A program made the position numbers and the translations under genes. Shown here one piece after another: positions 33,448 through 47,115 of a DNA stretch of 64,000 bases. Every line of letters begins with the position of its first letter. The first letter of the stretch is position 1. The DNA is from Pinctada imbricata (Eukaryota): the NCBI GenBank assembly GCA_033119305.1, contig VSWD01000013.1, forward strand, positions 8,623,032 through 8,687,031, read 5' to 3'. The notes beneath the pieces were generated by a model. That model was given only the letters and a program-made list of their open reading frames with translations. It was not told where the DNA came from and did no database searches.

Positions 33448-34281
33448 GTATGTTGAATAAAACAGATGGATAGGATGTGCAGGATTTGGGTAGAGAACAA
33501 ACTTGCTGTATACATGCAGGGTTTTTTCTAGCCCCTGATGTCAGGGGCCCGGGCCGATGAAATTAGGAATGTTGCAATATTTCAGCCAAAATTGGGAAAT
33601 GAATTTCAAACAACAAAAAGATATATTCATGCAAATCATCCCTTATCATATCAATTGTCTTTACATTCCTCCTAGAGTTCAACTAACACAACATGTTTGT
33701 TCTACTTTCACTTTCCTTTCAGTTAATGATACATAAATTGGAAATGAATTTCTCGTTTTGGATAAAAGATTGGATTGGGAATTTTTAGGTCTAAAATTGG
33801 GAAAAAGTACCACTTTTTGGGGTTAGGAATGGGGCCGAATTTCGGCCCCCTACAGACCCTAAAAAAATCCCTGACATGGTACATGTACATTTGAATAGAT
33901 ATGTAAAATTAATAACTCTAGTTATTTCTCTGAAAATTGTGTTGCAAAATATTTTGGATTTTAGTATTTTGTTAAATATAGAAGTGCATATGAAATAAAA
34001 GTTTATGTGAATTGATTGATATTCCATTTTACCCGAAAGAGTTGCATCAAGGGAAACAATTTTGTCTTATCTCAGAGTATCATTTAGTTTTATGTAAAAC
34101 CGATTTCCATTTGAAGAATGAGGATCCTATTTATGTAAACCCACTTACATTACACTTATATACACTTACTTGCACTTGATGAAACCAACTTGCATACACT
34201 TAGATAAAACCCACTGCATGCATTTAGATATTTCCAGCTGTGTGTGCATGTATATTTTATAGTAATTGTTTGTATTTGCAG

Positions 34282-34407
34282 GGTGAGCGATCGTTCTTCT
34301 TGATGCCAGGTGAGAGGTTAGAGAGAGGGATCCAGAACGTGTACGTACTCGGAGAAGATGAAGGACTCATCCTCAGGGCTACAGAATCTTTCAAGGATGG
34401 TGACTCT
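34282..34407 (+). CDS. MVP: MVP exon 5
   Basis: Acceptor TGTATTTGCAG|[48 protein letters not shown]. Donor GACTCT|GTAAGT. Confidence 0.9.
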
Positions 34408-34906
34408 GTAAGTAGATTATAATAAAGCATCAACATACAATGTCATGTTGATTGACCGTGTGCTGTCTTTGACAAGAAAATCCAAACCAATTGATTGTCT
34501 GGAATTTGCCTCTATATGAGGGTTGCATTTTCATGTCCATGATCACATTCAGTGATTATTTTTCTTCGTATGTCTGAAAAATGTAAATGAAAAATGTAAA
34601 AAAAATATATATACATGTATTATATGCAGTTCAGCCATGTCTTGATCCAGACTGAATCCACCAAATAATGACATAGTTTACATTCACTCATTTTACTTAT
34701 TATTCAGCCCCATACAAATATTCTATTTGTCATTCTACACATTTTATGAGGGCAACAGTGAACATAGGAGAAAACTGGCTCTTGTAAGGAAATTCGAGAT
34801 TTAGTGTTAAAAAGTCAGTTGTACATGTTGTATCTGCACTGTAGAAATAAACTTAGCCATTATGTTAAGCACTTTGTAATTTGTTAACGATAACTTTCCA
34901 TTATAG

Positions 34907-35056
34907 GAGGAGGAGCGTAGACCAGGAGACAGGTGGATGATCAGAGGACCTAAGGAGTATGTACCTCCTGTAGAGGTAGAGGTAGTGATGAAGAGACAAG
35001 CAATACCGTTGGACGAAAACGAAGGTATCTACGTCAGGGATATCAAGAGTGGAAAG
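34907..35056 (+). CDS. MVP: MVP exon 6
   Basis: Acceptor TTTCCATTATAG|[56 protein letters not shown], compared with human ...[43 protein letters not shown]. Donor GGAAAG|GTAGGA. Confidence 0.9.
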
Positions 35057-35381
35057 GTAGGACATAAATGAAGGAGGAGAAAATATGACAAAGAGAAAAA
35101 TTGAAACGCATATTCTGAAACATTGAAATACATATTCTGAAACTTGTACTGTATATTTTTTAGAAAGTTTAAGAATTCTTGAAAATTAATTGTAGGATGT
35201 AATTGTATATATTTCAAGTTTCGCTGTTAGCAAAAAAAAAAAAGGGGAGAGAGAGAGACATAATTTGGTACCTCAAACATTAAATTTAATTTGACAATTA
35301 TTTGAACATACATTTATTTGCTGAAATACATGTAGGCAATTCACTACAAAGCATTGATAAGAAATTCTCTTTTATCTCTAG

Positions 35382-35623
35382 GTGCGAGCCATCGGAGGTG
35401 AGACATACATGCTCAGTCATGATGAGGAATTATGGGAGAAGGAACTTCCTCCAGCGGTAGAGAACCTACTGGCCCAGATGAAGGACCCCCTGGCTGACCG
35501 AGGAGACAGGGGGAGGGGCGAACCTGTCAAGTCTGACAAGAGGGACAAGACGAGGGTAGTCACATTCAGGGTGCCCCATAATGCTGCAGTACAGATCTAT
35601 GATTATAAAGAGAAAAAAGCAAG
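35382..35623 (+). CDS. MVP: MVP exon 7 (ends in phase 2)
   Basis: Acceptor TTTATCTCTAG|[86 protein letters not shown](R). Donor GCAAG|GTGAGA. Confidence 0.9.
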
Positions 35624-35965
35624 GTGAGAACATATAAAATTAGCATATTCATCGTTCATGTTGATGAAAATACAATACATGTTTGAAATATTCTATACTG
35701 TCAATTCATTGATGCTTGAAGTCCTGATCATTTATATTATACAAGGTTGTGGTGTGTACATCAATGTTTAGAATTATTTTTATTTCTACCTAAATAGTTA
35801 AGGAATAAGTAAAGGAACATAAAATGCAACTCAATTATGAGCTATACATCTTAAGATTTCTCCTTAAACATGTTAAATTCTTCCGACTTTTTCATATATT
35901 TTCATAGAATAAAACCTTCACTCATGTTTATGGTATTGTTACTTAGTATTCTTTGTTGATTACAG

Positions 35966-36308
35966 AGTTGTGTTTGGACCAGAGTTGGTCATGCTAGGAC
36001 CTGATGAGCAGTTCACCCAGCTCAGTCTGTCAGGAGGCAAGCCAAAGAAGCCTAACATAATCAAATCTCTATGCCTTCTCCTTGGTCCTGATTTCTGTAC
36101 GGACATCATAGTCGTGGAAACCTCCGACCACGCCCGACTCTCGCTCCAGCTGTCATACAACTGGCATTTTGAAGTTAAGGACAAGGCCAACTCTAAGGAG
36201 TGTGCCAAGATCTTCAGTGTCCCAGACTTTGTAGGTGACGCATGTAAGGCTATAGCATCCAGGGTGAGAGGGGCTGTGGCACAAGTACAGTTCGACGATT
36301 TCCATAAG
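35966..36308 (+). CDS. MVP: MVP exon 8 (shoulder domain)
   Basis: Acceptor TGTTGATTACAG|A. (R)[114 protein letters not shown] is near-identical to human. Donor CATAAG|GTATGC. The antisense ORF 35960..36364 is spurious. Confidence 0.92.
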
Positions 36309-36908
36309 GTATGCAACAAAATATTATCATGATGTATTGAAAGATTCTGTGTAAATTTTATCATTTATGCCATGACTAAGATGAGGGACAAGACAAGGGT
36401 TGTCACCCTTATACATGTTATATACACATTATAAGAATAATAATCTCTTGAACATTAGACAGGCCTCTACCCTCAGAACATTCAAGCATAACCTACATGT
36501 ACATAAGAACATAGTTTCGAAGCGATAACTATACAGTTACATATTTTAATGTTGTGCTTAAACATGTTTGATTTTATGCTCAAACTCTGTCTCACTTTGT
36601 ATTATTATATTGTATATATTTGTTGTGTGATATGGAAGGCCTCTTGGAAGAATAGTCTTTGACTAAAAGAGTTACCTTCTTTAAATAAAGAATTATTATT
36701 ATTATAACATATTTGATATTCATGTTGGGTGTATAAATTAAATTATAAATATACTCATTAAACATGAATGATTCATTATGATAATGGATTTGAGAACTAA
36801 TGAAAGAATGAATACAAGCAACACAACAGAACCAAAATATACAAAAAAGTCAATTATTTTCATGAAACCATTAAACAAATCTTCCAACCTTGATTTTCTC
36901 ATTTACAG

Positions 36909-37364
36909 AACTCTGCTAGAATCATCAGATCATCTGTATTTGGCTTTGATGATAAGGACAAAGTGAGGGATAATTTTCAGTTTCCTCAGAACTGTTTGGT
37001 AGTAACAAGCATTGACATTCAATCTGTCGAGCCCGTCGATCAGAGAACAAGGGACGCTCTACAGAAGTCTGTTCAGCTTGCCATTGAAATCACAACGAAC
37101 TCTCAGGAGGCAGCAGCCCGACACGAAGCTGAGAGATTGGAACAAGAGGCCAAAGGTCGTCTGGAGCGCCAGAAAATCACAGACGAGGCCGAAGCTGAGA
37201 AAGCGCGTAAAGAACTGCTTGAGTTACAGGCGAACAGTGCAGCTGTAGAGAGTACTGGACAGGCTAAGGCCGAGGCCCAGAGTAGAGCTGAGGCAGCTAG
37301 GATAGAGGGAGAGGCAGCTGTAGAGCAGGCTAAGCTTAAGGCACAGGCCATGAAGATTGAAGCT
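36909..37364 (+). CDS. MVP: MVP exon 9 (cap-helix region)
   Basis: Acceptor TCTCATTTACAG|[158 protein letters not shown]. Donor GAAGCT|GTAAGT. Confidence 0.92.
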
Positions 37365-38404
37365 GTAAGTACATTTTTAGGCTAAGACGTAATGAGGGGA
37401 TGGAGATTTATGGGTGGGTTATAAAAATGAGCAGGACTCTTTGAGTATTCAACAAGTATTTGGTGTGTTACTTTTGAAAAACTAATTGAGCTAAGATGTC
37501 TTTAAAAGACAAATATATGTACCTACATGTTAGTAGGAACTGATTATAAGTACATGTAGTTTCTACTAAAAGCAGTAGCAAATTAAAGTAGGGAAGAAAT
37601 AAAGAAACTTTCGTAATTGTTGTAAGGGGAAATAAGTGGAAGTCAATTTTAATGATTTTATTATGTTTATCAGCCAGGAGAATACTAGAAATAGTTATAT
37701 TACTTAAAACTATAATATTACTGTTAACAATAATCCCTGATATGATTGAAAACAGGAATGCTGCCACCTCATATTACATCTTTCTGTAATATAGACAAAG
37801 CAACATTTTAAAGGTACAAGCTCAGCTTTTATCACACAATTCTTTCGTTCAACAACAAATTCAATAATCATGATAAACTTGTACCAATTTTTCTACTGAA
37901 AAGTGAAAATAATGTCCGTTTGGAACCTATTTTTCACTTTTTCTTCTTTCTGAAATCACACTTTCTTCAAATATTTTGAGGAAAAAATTGCCCTGATGTT
38001 TTAAACAATTTTCAGTGTACATATGAATGAGTTATAACTCCTTATCACCCTCATTTCTCCCCGAATCCACCTGACTATCTAAATAGTATTACTGCTTACA
38101 GTTATATAAAGAGATAAATTTCCAAGAAAGATAACTCCAATTTAAGTTATATTATTATTTTTAGTAATATCACTGTTTTCAGTACTCTCTTGGACTGTTT
38201 ATATTCGAAGAAATATGATGACACGTTAGAATTAAAATTTGTTGCATTCAATAATACCTCTAAACTAGAAAAAAAAGTACTACTTTCAGTGGAAGAAATC
38301 CTAAAAATGCTGAAGAATTACAAGGACCCTGTAGAATTTGACTTTGTTATGATAACTTTGTATAATTTTGAGTCTCTAATCATGTCTTCTCCTTTGTCTT
38401 GCAG

Positions 38405-38743
38405 GAATCTGAACTGGAGAGGTTAACAAGAGTAAGAGAGGCCGAGCTGAAATTCCAGAAGGAACAAAATGACCTTGAGCTCAACAGGTCCAAAGAGCTG
38501 GCCACAATCGAAACCGACAAGTTCAAGTTGCAGGTGGACGCCATTGGTGCCCAGACCCTCCAGGCGATCGCCACTGCCGGCCCAGAGATGCAGGTCAAGC
38601 TTCTGCAGTCCCTAGGATTAAAATCCACACTGATTACAGATGGCAGCAGTCCTATAAATCTGTTTAATACCGCCCATGGAATGATCGGCGGAATGATACC
38701 CGCAAAACGATCCAGGAGAGATGACGATGAAGATGATGATTAA
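38405..38743 (+). CDS. MVP: MVP exon 10, terminal, with stop TAA at 38741-38743
   Basis: Acceptor CCTTTGTCTTGCAG|[118 protein letters not shown]. The human C-terminus [33 protein letters not shown] is conserved. Confidence 0.92.
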   Translation, partial: ESELERLTRVREAELKFQKEQNDLELNRSKELATIETDKFKLQVDAIGAQTLQAIATAGPEMQVKLLQSLGLKSTLITDGSSPINLFNTAHGMIGGMIPAKRSRRDDDEDDD

Positions 38744-39025
38744 AGGGCAGACAACTCTTGGAGCAGAGTGATGGAACCCCCATAGATGTAGTATAAATTT
38801 CTACAAAAAAAAAATTAAAAACTCTAAAATATAGATGTTATTAAACTATGTTATTAAATGATTGTTTTATCCACATGATATACATTTACTAAATGTTATC
38901 ATACATTTTGCATAATCTCCCTTCATCATGCTGTTGATAATCATCATTCCTTTGTTCTTTATATCGTGCTATCTTTATTTTCATGTCTTTTCTTACCATT
39001 TTATAAATGTTTTATTATACGTACC

Positions 39026-39031
39026 AATAAA
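39026..39031 (+). promoter_or_regulatory. candidate polyadenylation signal AATAAA for MVP, ~283 nt after the stop (alternative ATTAAA at 38807-38812)
   Basis: Hexamer seen in the sequence only; no cleavage-site evidence. Confidence 0.3.
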
Positions 39032-40259
39032 AAGTCAAAGTCATTGACCGTTGCAATATTTTGATACATGATTTTGATATTTTATAGATGTTAGGTATTG
39101 GGACCTTTTTGTACTGCATGAGTTTATACATAGTCTTATATCCATGACCGATGCAGTGTTTAGATCAATTCAGAGCATTTTGTTATAGAATGGTGTGAAT
39201 TTTTTTATGCTGAATGGTTTGCTGAGATTTTTTATTATGCTCTTATTTGTTAAAAAATAAACATACAATAGGGCACATCCTATGTGTGTTTATTCTTCCT
39301 TAGATTCTAAGATACATTTCATTGTGTGTGCATATCATCAACTGAGATCATAAAATTTATACTGTGAACAAATATTTTACAAGACATGTATACTGATATA
39401 TTCTACCCCATGATATACATGTACATGTATTTGTTATCCCAAATGACTTGTTGTAGTTATGTACATCTCTTGCTGTTTTTGACACACACACATTGTAACT
39501 CTGTGTAGACCACAAACTGGAGGAACAATTTGTTGAGTCTATACATGTTGTTATATTATTTATAATTAGCACATTTTTTGTAAACTCTTTGACTTTTGTG
39601 TTAACTATCTAATTGATTTCTAAACTGTGATAGTTAATTTATAATAAAAAGTAGAAAATTCTGTATGTTTGCTTCATTTAATTAATTTCGGCCATGAAAG
39701 GCTTTTCTAGTAACCTGCAATGTATTTTTAGTCTCCAATTTCCTGTCTATCAGTCTGTAAGTTGGTCTTTCATTTTCAGATTTCTGGATTTTTTTTCAGC
39801 AATAGATAGGGATATGGGAATGAAATTTAAAAAGTAACTTGGTCTTGAATACTTACAGGGCTAGATTTGGTTTTCACTATGGCTGACCTATTTTTGAAGG
39901 ATGTGTGCCCCTGGACAACAAACATTTTACTGCCAGTAGGAGACTATCAAGCAATATGAACGAAACGATTGTTTCACTCAAACATTTCATCTGCTTGTAA
40001 CAATGCTGCATCAAAATTTTAATACGAGTTCATGCAGTTGGCACATAAAAATAAGGAAAAACATCCTTTGATTTAGCAGGGAATTGGTGAAAGTTCAAGG
40101 TCATCCTAAGGAAAATAATGACTTCAAATAATGGTTTCCAGCAGATATTAAAACCACTTCACCAATTAAAATTAATTTTTGAAATGTTTTACTTTATATT
40201 CATTAGAATACATCGACTTGTGGAACAGGGGTCAATGTTACTGTACGTTTAACAAAACA

Positions 40260-40870
40260 TTGATTTCCAGAAAACGAAGCAATCATCAAAGAAACAGCAA
40301 ACCTCCCCCTAGTAAGAGGATGAACTCTATTGATTTTCATAGCCAAAAGTCACAGTGGACTTGGGCTTTAAGGAAATGGCAATCATAGGACCTCCAAACC
40401 ATCCACAAATGTTTCTTCTAGGGAATGGATGTTTAAGGTCAAGGTCACAGTGAACTTTAGCTTAAAATCCTTTTGGTGACTGCATAGATCCTAGGATCAC
40501 TAAACCTTCCACAAAAGTTCCCCCCAAAGAGAGGATGAACCCTATTGATTCTCAAGGTCAAGGTTACTATAGACTTGGAATTTAACTTCTTATGAACAGC
40601 ACAGAAGACGAATCAGTCATCATAGGGTCATCAAACCTTCCACAAATGCTTCGACGTCAAGGTCACTGTTAACTAAGGCTTAAACTCTGTGAACAGCACA
40701 AAAAAACAAAACAAAATGTTCCACCAGGTAGAGGTTGAACCGTATGTATTTTCAAGATCAAAGGTCAAGGTCACTGTGAACTAATACTTCCATAAACGTC
40801 CCCATACGGATAGGCTGAAACCATTTGCATGTGATTTTCATGGTAAAGGTGAAGGTCACTGATTTGATTG
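40260..40870. repeat. second locus of the ~150-bp GGTCAAGGTCA satellite family (4-5 units), same orientation as 27365..28095
   Basis: Units ...AAACCTTCCACAAATG.TTC...GGATGAACCCTATTGATT.TCAAGGTCAAGGT.ACT.TAGACTT...TTATGAACAGCACAGAAGAC... Confidence 0.8.
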
Positions 40871-41895
40871 TAAAATTTCTTTGCTGGTAGCATAGAATAT
40901 ACAGTTGTTAGGGGATGCTACACTTGTGTCGCCTTTATTGGATTTGTTTTAAGAGTCAAACTGCAGCAGCATTGCATGTGTGGTTTACAAACTTTAGGTA
41001 TATATACGTAATGGATGAATATTATGTTACGGAGAATAGCAGGTATGAGTTGTATATATACAGTTAACTGGTATAATGGAGGGAGATTATTGATGAGGAC
41101 AAAAGTCATAGCTCAACAGGCAAAAATAATGGAAAATTTTGTGATTTCCGTAGAAATTATAAGAAATTAATTCATACAACTTATCTGTAGTGCCGGAGAG
41201 TTTCGAGGTCATGGGTCAAAGATGAAAGTTACCGCAAGAAATAACAGAAAAAGAAAGTCTTTACTTACTTGGACTTGTCAAACTTAAAGCTGCATAGTCC
41301 GCCAGGGGAATGTCAGAAACCTACATCTTTACTTCTTTGCTTCTCAGATTAAAAATTGACTATCATAAATGTTTATTATTATTATCAGAATGAAAGAATT
41401 AAAAGACATTCAAAATTTGTCTTTCATAAAACGGAATATATGCTTTTCTTTAAAATATGAAAGATGTAAGAAGGAGGTCAAGTTATCCAATGATATAAAA
41501 TGATTTCAGGATCAGGCCATTCATAGGTAAAAAAATAGATTAATATATTAGTACTGTATAATTAGGCTGACTCAAGTAGTTTTCAAAACTGGTTGTTTTC
41601 TAAATTGTGATTCGTTTTGCTTGTCTTAGATAAGGAGTTTTTTTTTTTAAATTTAGTTTTTTTTGTTTCGCTGCTTTGTTGTCTAGATATATAATGTCAT
41701 GTTTAATAATATGTGATCCCCTCTGGGGAGTGTTCCGATAAGCGGAGGGTATACTAAGGAAGAAGAAGCAGCATGTCAGTTTTATATATATTTGTGACTT
41801 TTAATTTTGATTTTATTTACTTTAAGGTCAGAAAAAATCAGTCAGTTTTGAGGAACACCCGATCGGATTCATGCAAAATAAAAACTTACGGAAAT

Positions 41896-42062
41896 GTATG
41901 TATATGTTACAGGGAATAAGTGTAATCAGGGATTTCATGTAATTCCTGGCAGGTTCAGTGATTACGTGTAATTCCTGGTCATTTTAGGGATTACATGAAA
42001 TCCCCAAAATCTTAGGGATTACATGTAATACCTAAAATATTTTAGTATTTTTACACTTATTT
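41896..42062. mobile_element. 167-bp MITE-like element; 16-bp TIR CAGGGAATAAGTGTAA / TTACACTTATTTCCTG (15/16), with internal nested palindromes (GGGATTTCATGTAATTCC / GGGATTACATGAAATCCC)
   Basis: Read directly. No clean TSD was identified. Confidence 0.5.
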
Positions 42063-43229
42063 CCTGACGGCCTAAACTCATATAAAAATGATCAAATTGC
42101 GATATGATAGATATTTTACATGTTCACAATATCAAATCCTATTACTGAAAGAGAAAAAATGCAGGTTACGTATACAGATATGCGTTTAAGGCTGATTTAA
42201 AATTGATAGGATAATGATATTTTAGAAAAACTCTTGAGCAGACAATTTGGTTGCACAGATAGTTTTTGGCCCGCTGATATGTTAAATCAATCAACGAATG
42301 ATTGTATGCATGAAATCTTGATTGGACTATGTATTGTACCTAAGTAACATGGTGATCGGTTCGTCCAAAAATCTTTTCTTTGCATCTATTCAATTTCCAT
42401 GAAACGTAATGCAATTAAAGATCTTAGTATTTAGATATACACGAATCCATCAGATGGGATTTATTGAGAACACTGTCATTATCACTAATAGTATATCTTG
42501 TTGCAAATTTGAGATAAATTATTTGACCATTATCCAAATTGACATATTTCCTATACATTCTATCGAAAAATGTCATGAGTTTGCAACAGTTATTTAATGT
42601 GATAAATTTATAAAAGGTGTTTTTGTGAGATTCTTACAGTAACAATAACAATTTCAAAAATTGTAAAACTCATGGGTTTTACTTGAAATTATAAAAAGAA
42701 AAGTATACATTGGATTATATTTATATGACCAAATACATTGAAACTAGCTCTGTGCAGTGCCTATGCCCCTAAAAAATGGAGCTCTTCATTATGAAGGTAC
42801 GATAAGCTCACAGTTGTAAACAACAATGGCCGACCAACATTGGATAAATTTTATCCAATTGTTTGGAATCGGGGCCAATTATCCAAGAAAACAAAGTTTG
42901 CCTGCAATTATCTGCTTCTACTTCTTAGTAATTAGTCCAGTGGTTGCAGCCACGAACAAAACTGCCGTAATAGATGTGTACAGACAGGGAAAACGTGTGG
43001 GACAACCTTCCTTGGTTACGTCATCAGCCTCCGAATCTGACAGTTTGCTGGCATCAAACGTCCAGGGACGATTTGCTGGTGTTGGGAAAGCAAAGAATGC
43101 AGATGGAAGACTTCATTTGGTCAGCATGAGTTAAAATATCTGTTATTTAATCAGACTGTTAAATTCCACTGTATACATCTCATTGGCACCTCACTGCCAC
43201 CTGTCAACTTGTCAATTCAGATTTGAGGT

Positions 43230-43540
43230 GCAAAAATGTACCAGCAATCATCTTTTGCCCACATATTTGACAATTGACCGTAGACACTCATCTTGCTTGT
43301 CTACTTGACAAGTGTCTGTGAGATGTACATTGACATTTTGCTCGTCAACTTGACACGTGTCTGTGAGATGTACATAACATTTTGTTTGTCATCTTGACAA
43401 GTGACTGTTGGATGAAGACATTGACATTTTGGTTTTCAACTTGACAATTGTCTGTGAAATGTACACATTGTCTTTTTGTCATTTTGCTTGTTAACTTAAA
43501 TGGTGTCTGTGAGACATTGACATTTTACTGGGATCATGTA
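43230..43540. repeat. satellite A, left array: ~45-bp unit TGACATTTTGCTCGTCAACTTGACAAGTGTCTGTGAGATGTACAT (7 units)
   Basis: Head-to-tail units. The same family, in the same orientation, forms the right array at 45590..46370. Confidence 0.85.
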
Positions 43541-43544
43541 AACT

Positions 43545-43920
43545 TGGCGATCGAAATACTGGTATACCAGTATTGTTGACAATACTGGTGTACCAGTATT
43601 GTTGTACAGATACTGGTATTCCAGTATTGTTGGGATGAAAAATTATTTTGTGAAAGTGACAATACTGGAATTCCTGTAAATTTTACAATACTGGAAGATA
43701 CTGGAAAAAATAAAAATACTGGAATATCGATTTTACCAGTATTGTCCATGTCACAATACCGGTAGACTAGTATTGTCCAGTATTGTCATATATACAATAC
43801 TGGAATACCAGTATCGTAAAAGTAAGAATAATGTATCGAAATTGTGACCATACTGGTATTCCAGTATTGTTATATTGACAATACTCGTATTCCGGTATTG
43901 AAATATGACCATATTGGACA
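43545..43920. repeat. satellite B, left array: ~37-bp units built on the perfect palindrome CAATACTGGTATACCAGTATTG
   Basis: ACTGGTATACCAGTATTGTTGACAATACTGGTGTACCAGTATTGTTG... A partner array lies at 44995..45560. Confidence 0.85.
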
Positions 43921-43939
43921 TGAATCCTACACTTTATTA

Positions 43940-44928
43940 GTCCCCTACCGGCAACGCTGAAGGGGACTCTTAGTTTCCTCTCGGTCTGTCTGTCTGTCCG
44001 TCCGTCCGTCTGTCCGTCTGTCCGTCTGTCCCATTTTCAGTTTTCCGGACTTTTTTTCGCTGTTGTTGCATATATTGAACTCATTTTTGGTATGTGGATA
44101 TATCTCAATGGGATACAGATCAAGTTTGAGTTTGCTTTCAATTGACCTAATTTTACAAGAGTTATGGCCCGTGGACTAAGCAAATTTTATGAAAGTTTCA
44201 GTTTTCCGGACTTTTTTCTGCTGTTGTTGCATATATTGAACTCATTTTTGGTATGTGGATATATCTCAATGGGATACAGACCAAGTTTGAGTTTGCTTTC
44301 GATTGACTTAATTTTACAAGAGTTATGGCCCTTGGACTTAGCAAATTTTATGAAAATTTCAGTTTTCTGGACTTTTTTCTGCTGTTGTTGCATATGTTGA
44401 ACTCCTTTTTGGTATGTGGATATATCTTAATGGGATACAGATCAAGTTTGAGTTTCCTTTAGATTCACTTATTTTTACAAGAGTTATGGCCCTTGGACTT
44501 AGCAAATTTTATGAAATTAATTTCAGTTTTACGGACTTTTCTTTGGTTCTGTTGCAAATAATGCACTGATTTTTGGTAAATGAATACATCTCAGTGTGAT
44601 ACAGACCAATTTTGAGTTTGATTTCCATTGACCTATTTTTACAAGAGTTTTGGCCCTTGGACTTAGCAAATTTCATGAAATTTTCAGTTTTCCGGACTTT
44701 TTCATGCCTGTTATTGCAGATAATGAGCTGATTTTTTGTATGTGAATACATTATAGTGTGATGCAGATTTGAGTTTAATTTAGATTAACTAATTTTCATA
44801 AGAGTTATGGCCCTTGGACTTAGCAAATTTCGTGAATTCAGTTTCCCAGACTTTTCTTGGCTGTTGTTGCAGAAGAAGAACTGATGAACAGAGATGCAAG
44901 TCATAAATTTATGCCGCCGGTAGGGGAC
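43940..44928. mobile_element. ~990-bp TIR-bounded element carrying a (GTCT/GTCC)n microsatellite followed by 5 tandem ~172-bp satellite units
   Basis: TIRs TAGTCCCCTACCGGC (43938-43952) and GCCGGTAGGGGACTTA (44916-44931). Microsatellite CTCGGTCTGTCTGTCTGTCCGTCCGTCCGTCTGTCCGTCTGTCC at 43982-44030. Units ...CATTTTCAGTTTTCCGGACTTTTTTTCGCTGTTGTTGCATATATTGAACTCATTTTTGGTATGTGGATATATCTCAATGGGATACAGATCAAGTTTGAGTTTGCTTTCAATTGACCTAATTTTACAAGAGTTATGGCCC(G/T)TGGACTTAGCAAATTTTATGAAA... Confidence 0.65.
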
Positions 44929-44994
44929 TTATATCGCACAGCGATCATTGCATTTTCAATATTGCAATACCATTTTTTATTTTGAAACAAAATA

Positions 44995-45560
44995 GAGAAA
45001 TATAGAGTATATGTAAATGTAACAATACTGGTGTTCCAGTATTGTTACTTTAACGATACTAGTTTTCCAGTAATGTTCTTTTAACAATACTGGTATTCCG
45101 GTATTGGAATATGACAATATTGGATCGGCATCGTGAACATGAATCTTATACTTAATTTCATATGTTTTATTTTGTATACTTATAGGTTGATTGCAGATGA
45201 TTCCTTCAAACAAATTCTGCTATTAAAACCTTTGCAGCAATTAAATGGAGAAATATGTGGTTTTGTGTCAGTTAGAGTAACAATACTGGTTTTCCAGTAT
45301 TATCAGATGAACAATACTGGTGTTCCAGTATTGATGGATTTACAATACTGGTATTCCAGTATTCTCAATTCTACAATACTGGAAAACCAGTATCTGCAAA
45401 AAAAATATGTTGTTATTTTAACAATACTGGAATACCAGTATCTTCCTGTATTTTACCAGTATTGTACATAACAAACAATACTGGAAGATACTGGTGACAA
45501 TACAGGAACAAAAATTTATACCAGTATTGTCAACAATACTGGTATACCAGTATTGCGATC
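44995..45560. repeat. satellite B, right array (palindromic CAATACTGG(T/A)ATTCCAGTATTG units)
   Basis: AACAATACTGGTGTTCCAGTATTGTTACTTTAACGATACTAGTTTTCCAGTAATGTTC... Confidence 0.85.
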
Positions 45561-45589
45561 GCCAAGTTTACATGATCCTTTTACTGTCA

Positions 45590-46370
45590 GCATAACAAGC
45601 TTCTGTTGAAATGTAGACACTGGTATTTTACTATCAACTTGACAAGTATTTATGAGATAAAGACATTGACATTTTGGCTGTCAGCTTGACTGGTGTCTGT
45701 GAGATTGTGACATTTTGATTGTCAAATTGACAACTGCCTGTGAGATGGAGACATTGGTATTTTATTTTCAACTTGACAAATGTATATGAGATGAAAGCAT
45801 TGATATTTCGCTGTCAACTTGACATGTGTCTCTTAGATGAAGACATTGGTATTTTGCGTGTCAACTTGACAAGTGCCTGTCAAATATAGACATTGACATT
45901 TTGCATGTCAACTTGACAAGTGTATATGAGATGAAGACATTGACATTTTACTGTCAACTTGTTAAGTGTCTGTGAGATGAAGACATTGACATTTTGCTTG
46001 TCAACTTGACATATGCCTGTGAGATGAAGACATTGACATTTAGCTGTTAACTGAACTTGACCATTGTCTGTGAGAAGATGACATTGTCATTTTGCTGTCA
46101 ACTTGACAAGCGCCTGTGAGATGAAGACATTGACATTTTACTGTCAACTTGATAAGTGCTTGCGAGTTGAAGACATTGACATTTTACTGTCAATTTAACA
46201 AGTGCCTGTAAGATGAAGACATTGACATTTTACTGTCAACTCGACAAGTATCTCTGAGAAATATAAACATCGACATACTGTACTTGTGTGTCTGAGCTGT
46301 AAACATTGGCATTTTACTGTCAACTTGACAAGTGTCTATGATATGTAGACATTGACATTTTACTGTCTGT
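45590..46370. repeat. satellite A, right array: ~45-bp unit CATTGACATTTTACTGTCAACTTGACAAGTGTCTGTGAGATGAAGA (~17 units)
   Basis: Continuous units in direct orientation relative to the left array at 43230..43540. Confidence 0.9.
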
Positions 46371-47115
46371 GAGATGATGTGTTTTTAAAATAATTAAACC
46401 ATCAAAGTAATACTCAACTCCAAATGCTGATATCAAAACCATCAAATTCTGTTATGTATATCTTGCAAGATTTTGTAATGCTCCATGTATCAACTACATG
46501 TATTGTCATCAACAGAAACCTGAATTGGCTTAAACATCCATCTTTAAATTTAGTTCTACTTAAAAAATTACTAAATAACCAATGTTTGCTTCACCATGTT
46601 CACCCTGCATCCTTTTATGGAATCTCCGGCATTAATTCAGAATATAAGAAAATCATATTATCTTTTTTCTCCTGTATCGATCCCTGCTTATGTTGTTGTT
46701 CTAAATTGCCATAATTTGATATCTGGTGCAAGGTGCTTCATTCTATATATTTGTCTTACTAGTATACATGTATGTTACTAATATGCTAACATTATAGCCA
46801 ATCAGGTCTAGGCTAATTTACACATATAGGCTAATTTACACACATGATCCAAAGTGATCCAATATTCTTTCGAATAGTATATACTTTTTTAAGTCTTAGA
46901 AAGATACTGTAAAAGGTCAATTCGTGAAAATTCCCCCCCTCTCCCCACCGAAAGTAACCATATTTACCATGTTTACATGTATACTGTATAATAATTATAA
47001 CACATTTTGTACGGTATTTCAAAAATTGAAATCAATATACTTTGTTTACCTCCCCCTGTATCCATGGTAACATATCATTAATTTAATCCTGGTTTTCTAA
47101 ATATTTTCCATGTAG

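Noticed and set aside
35960-36364. 134-aa minus-strand ORF
   Set aside because: It is antisense to MVP exon 8, which is near-identical to human MVP on the plus strand.
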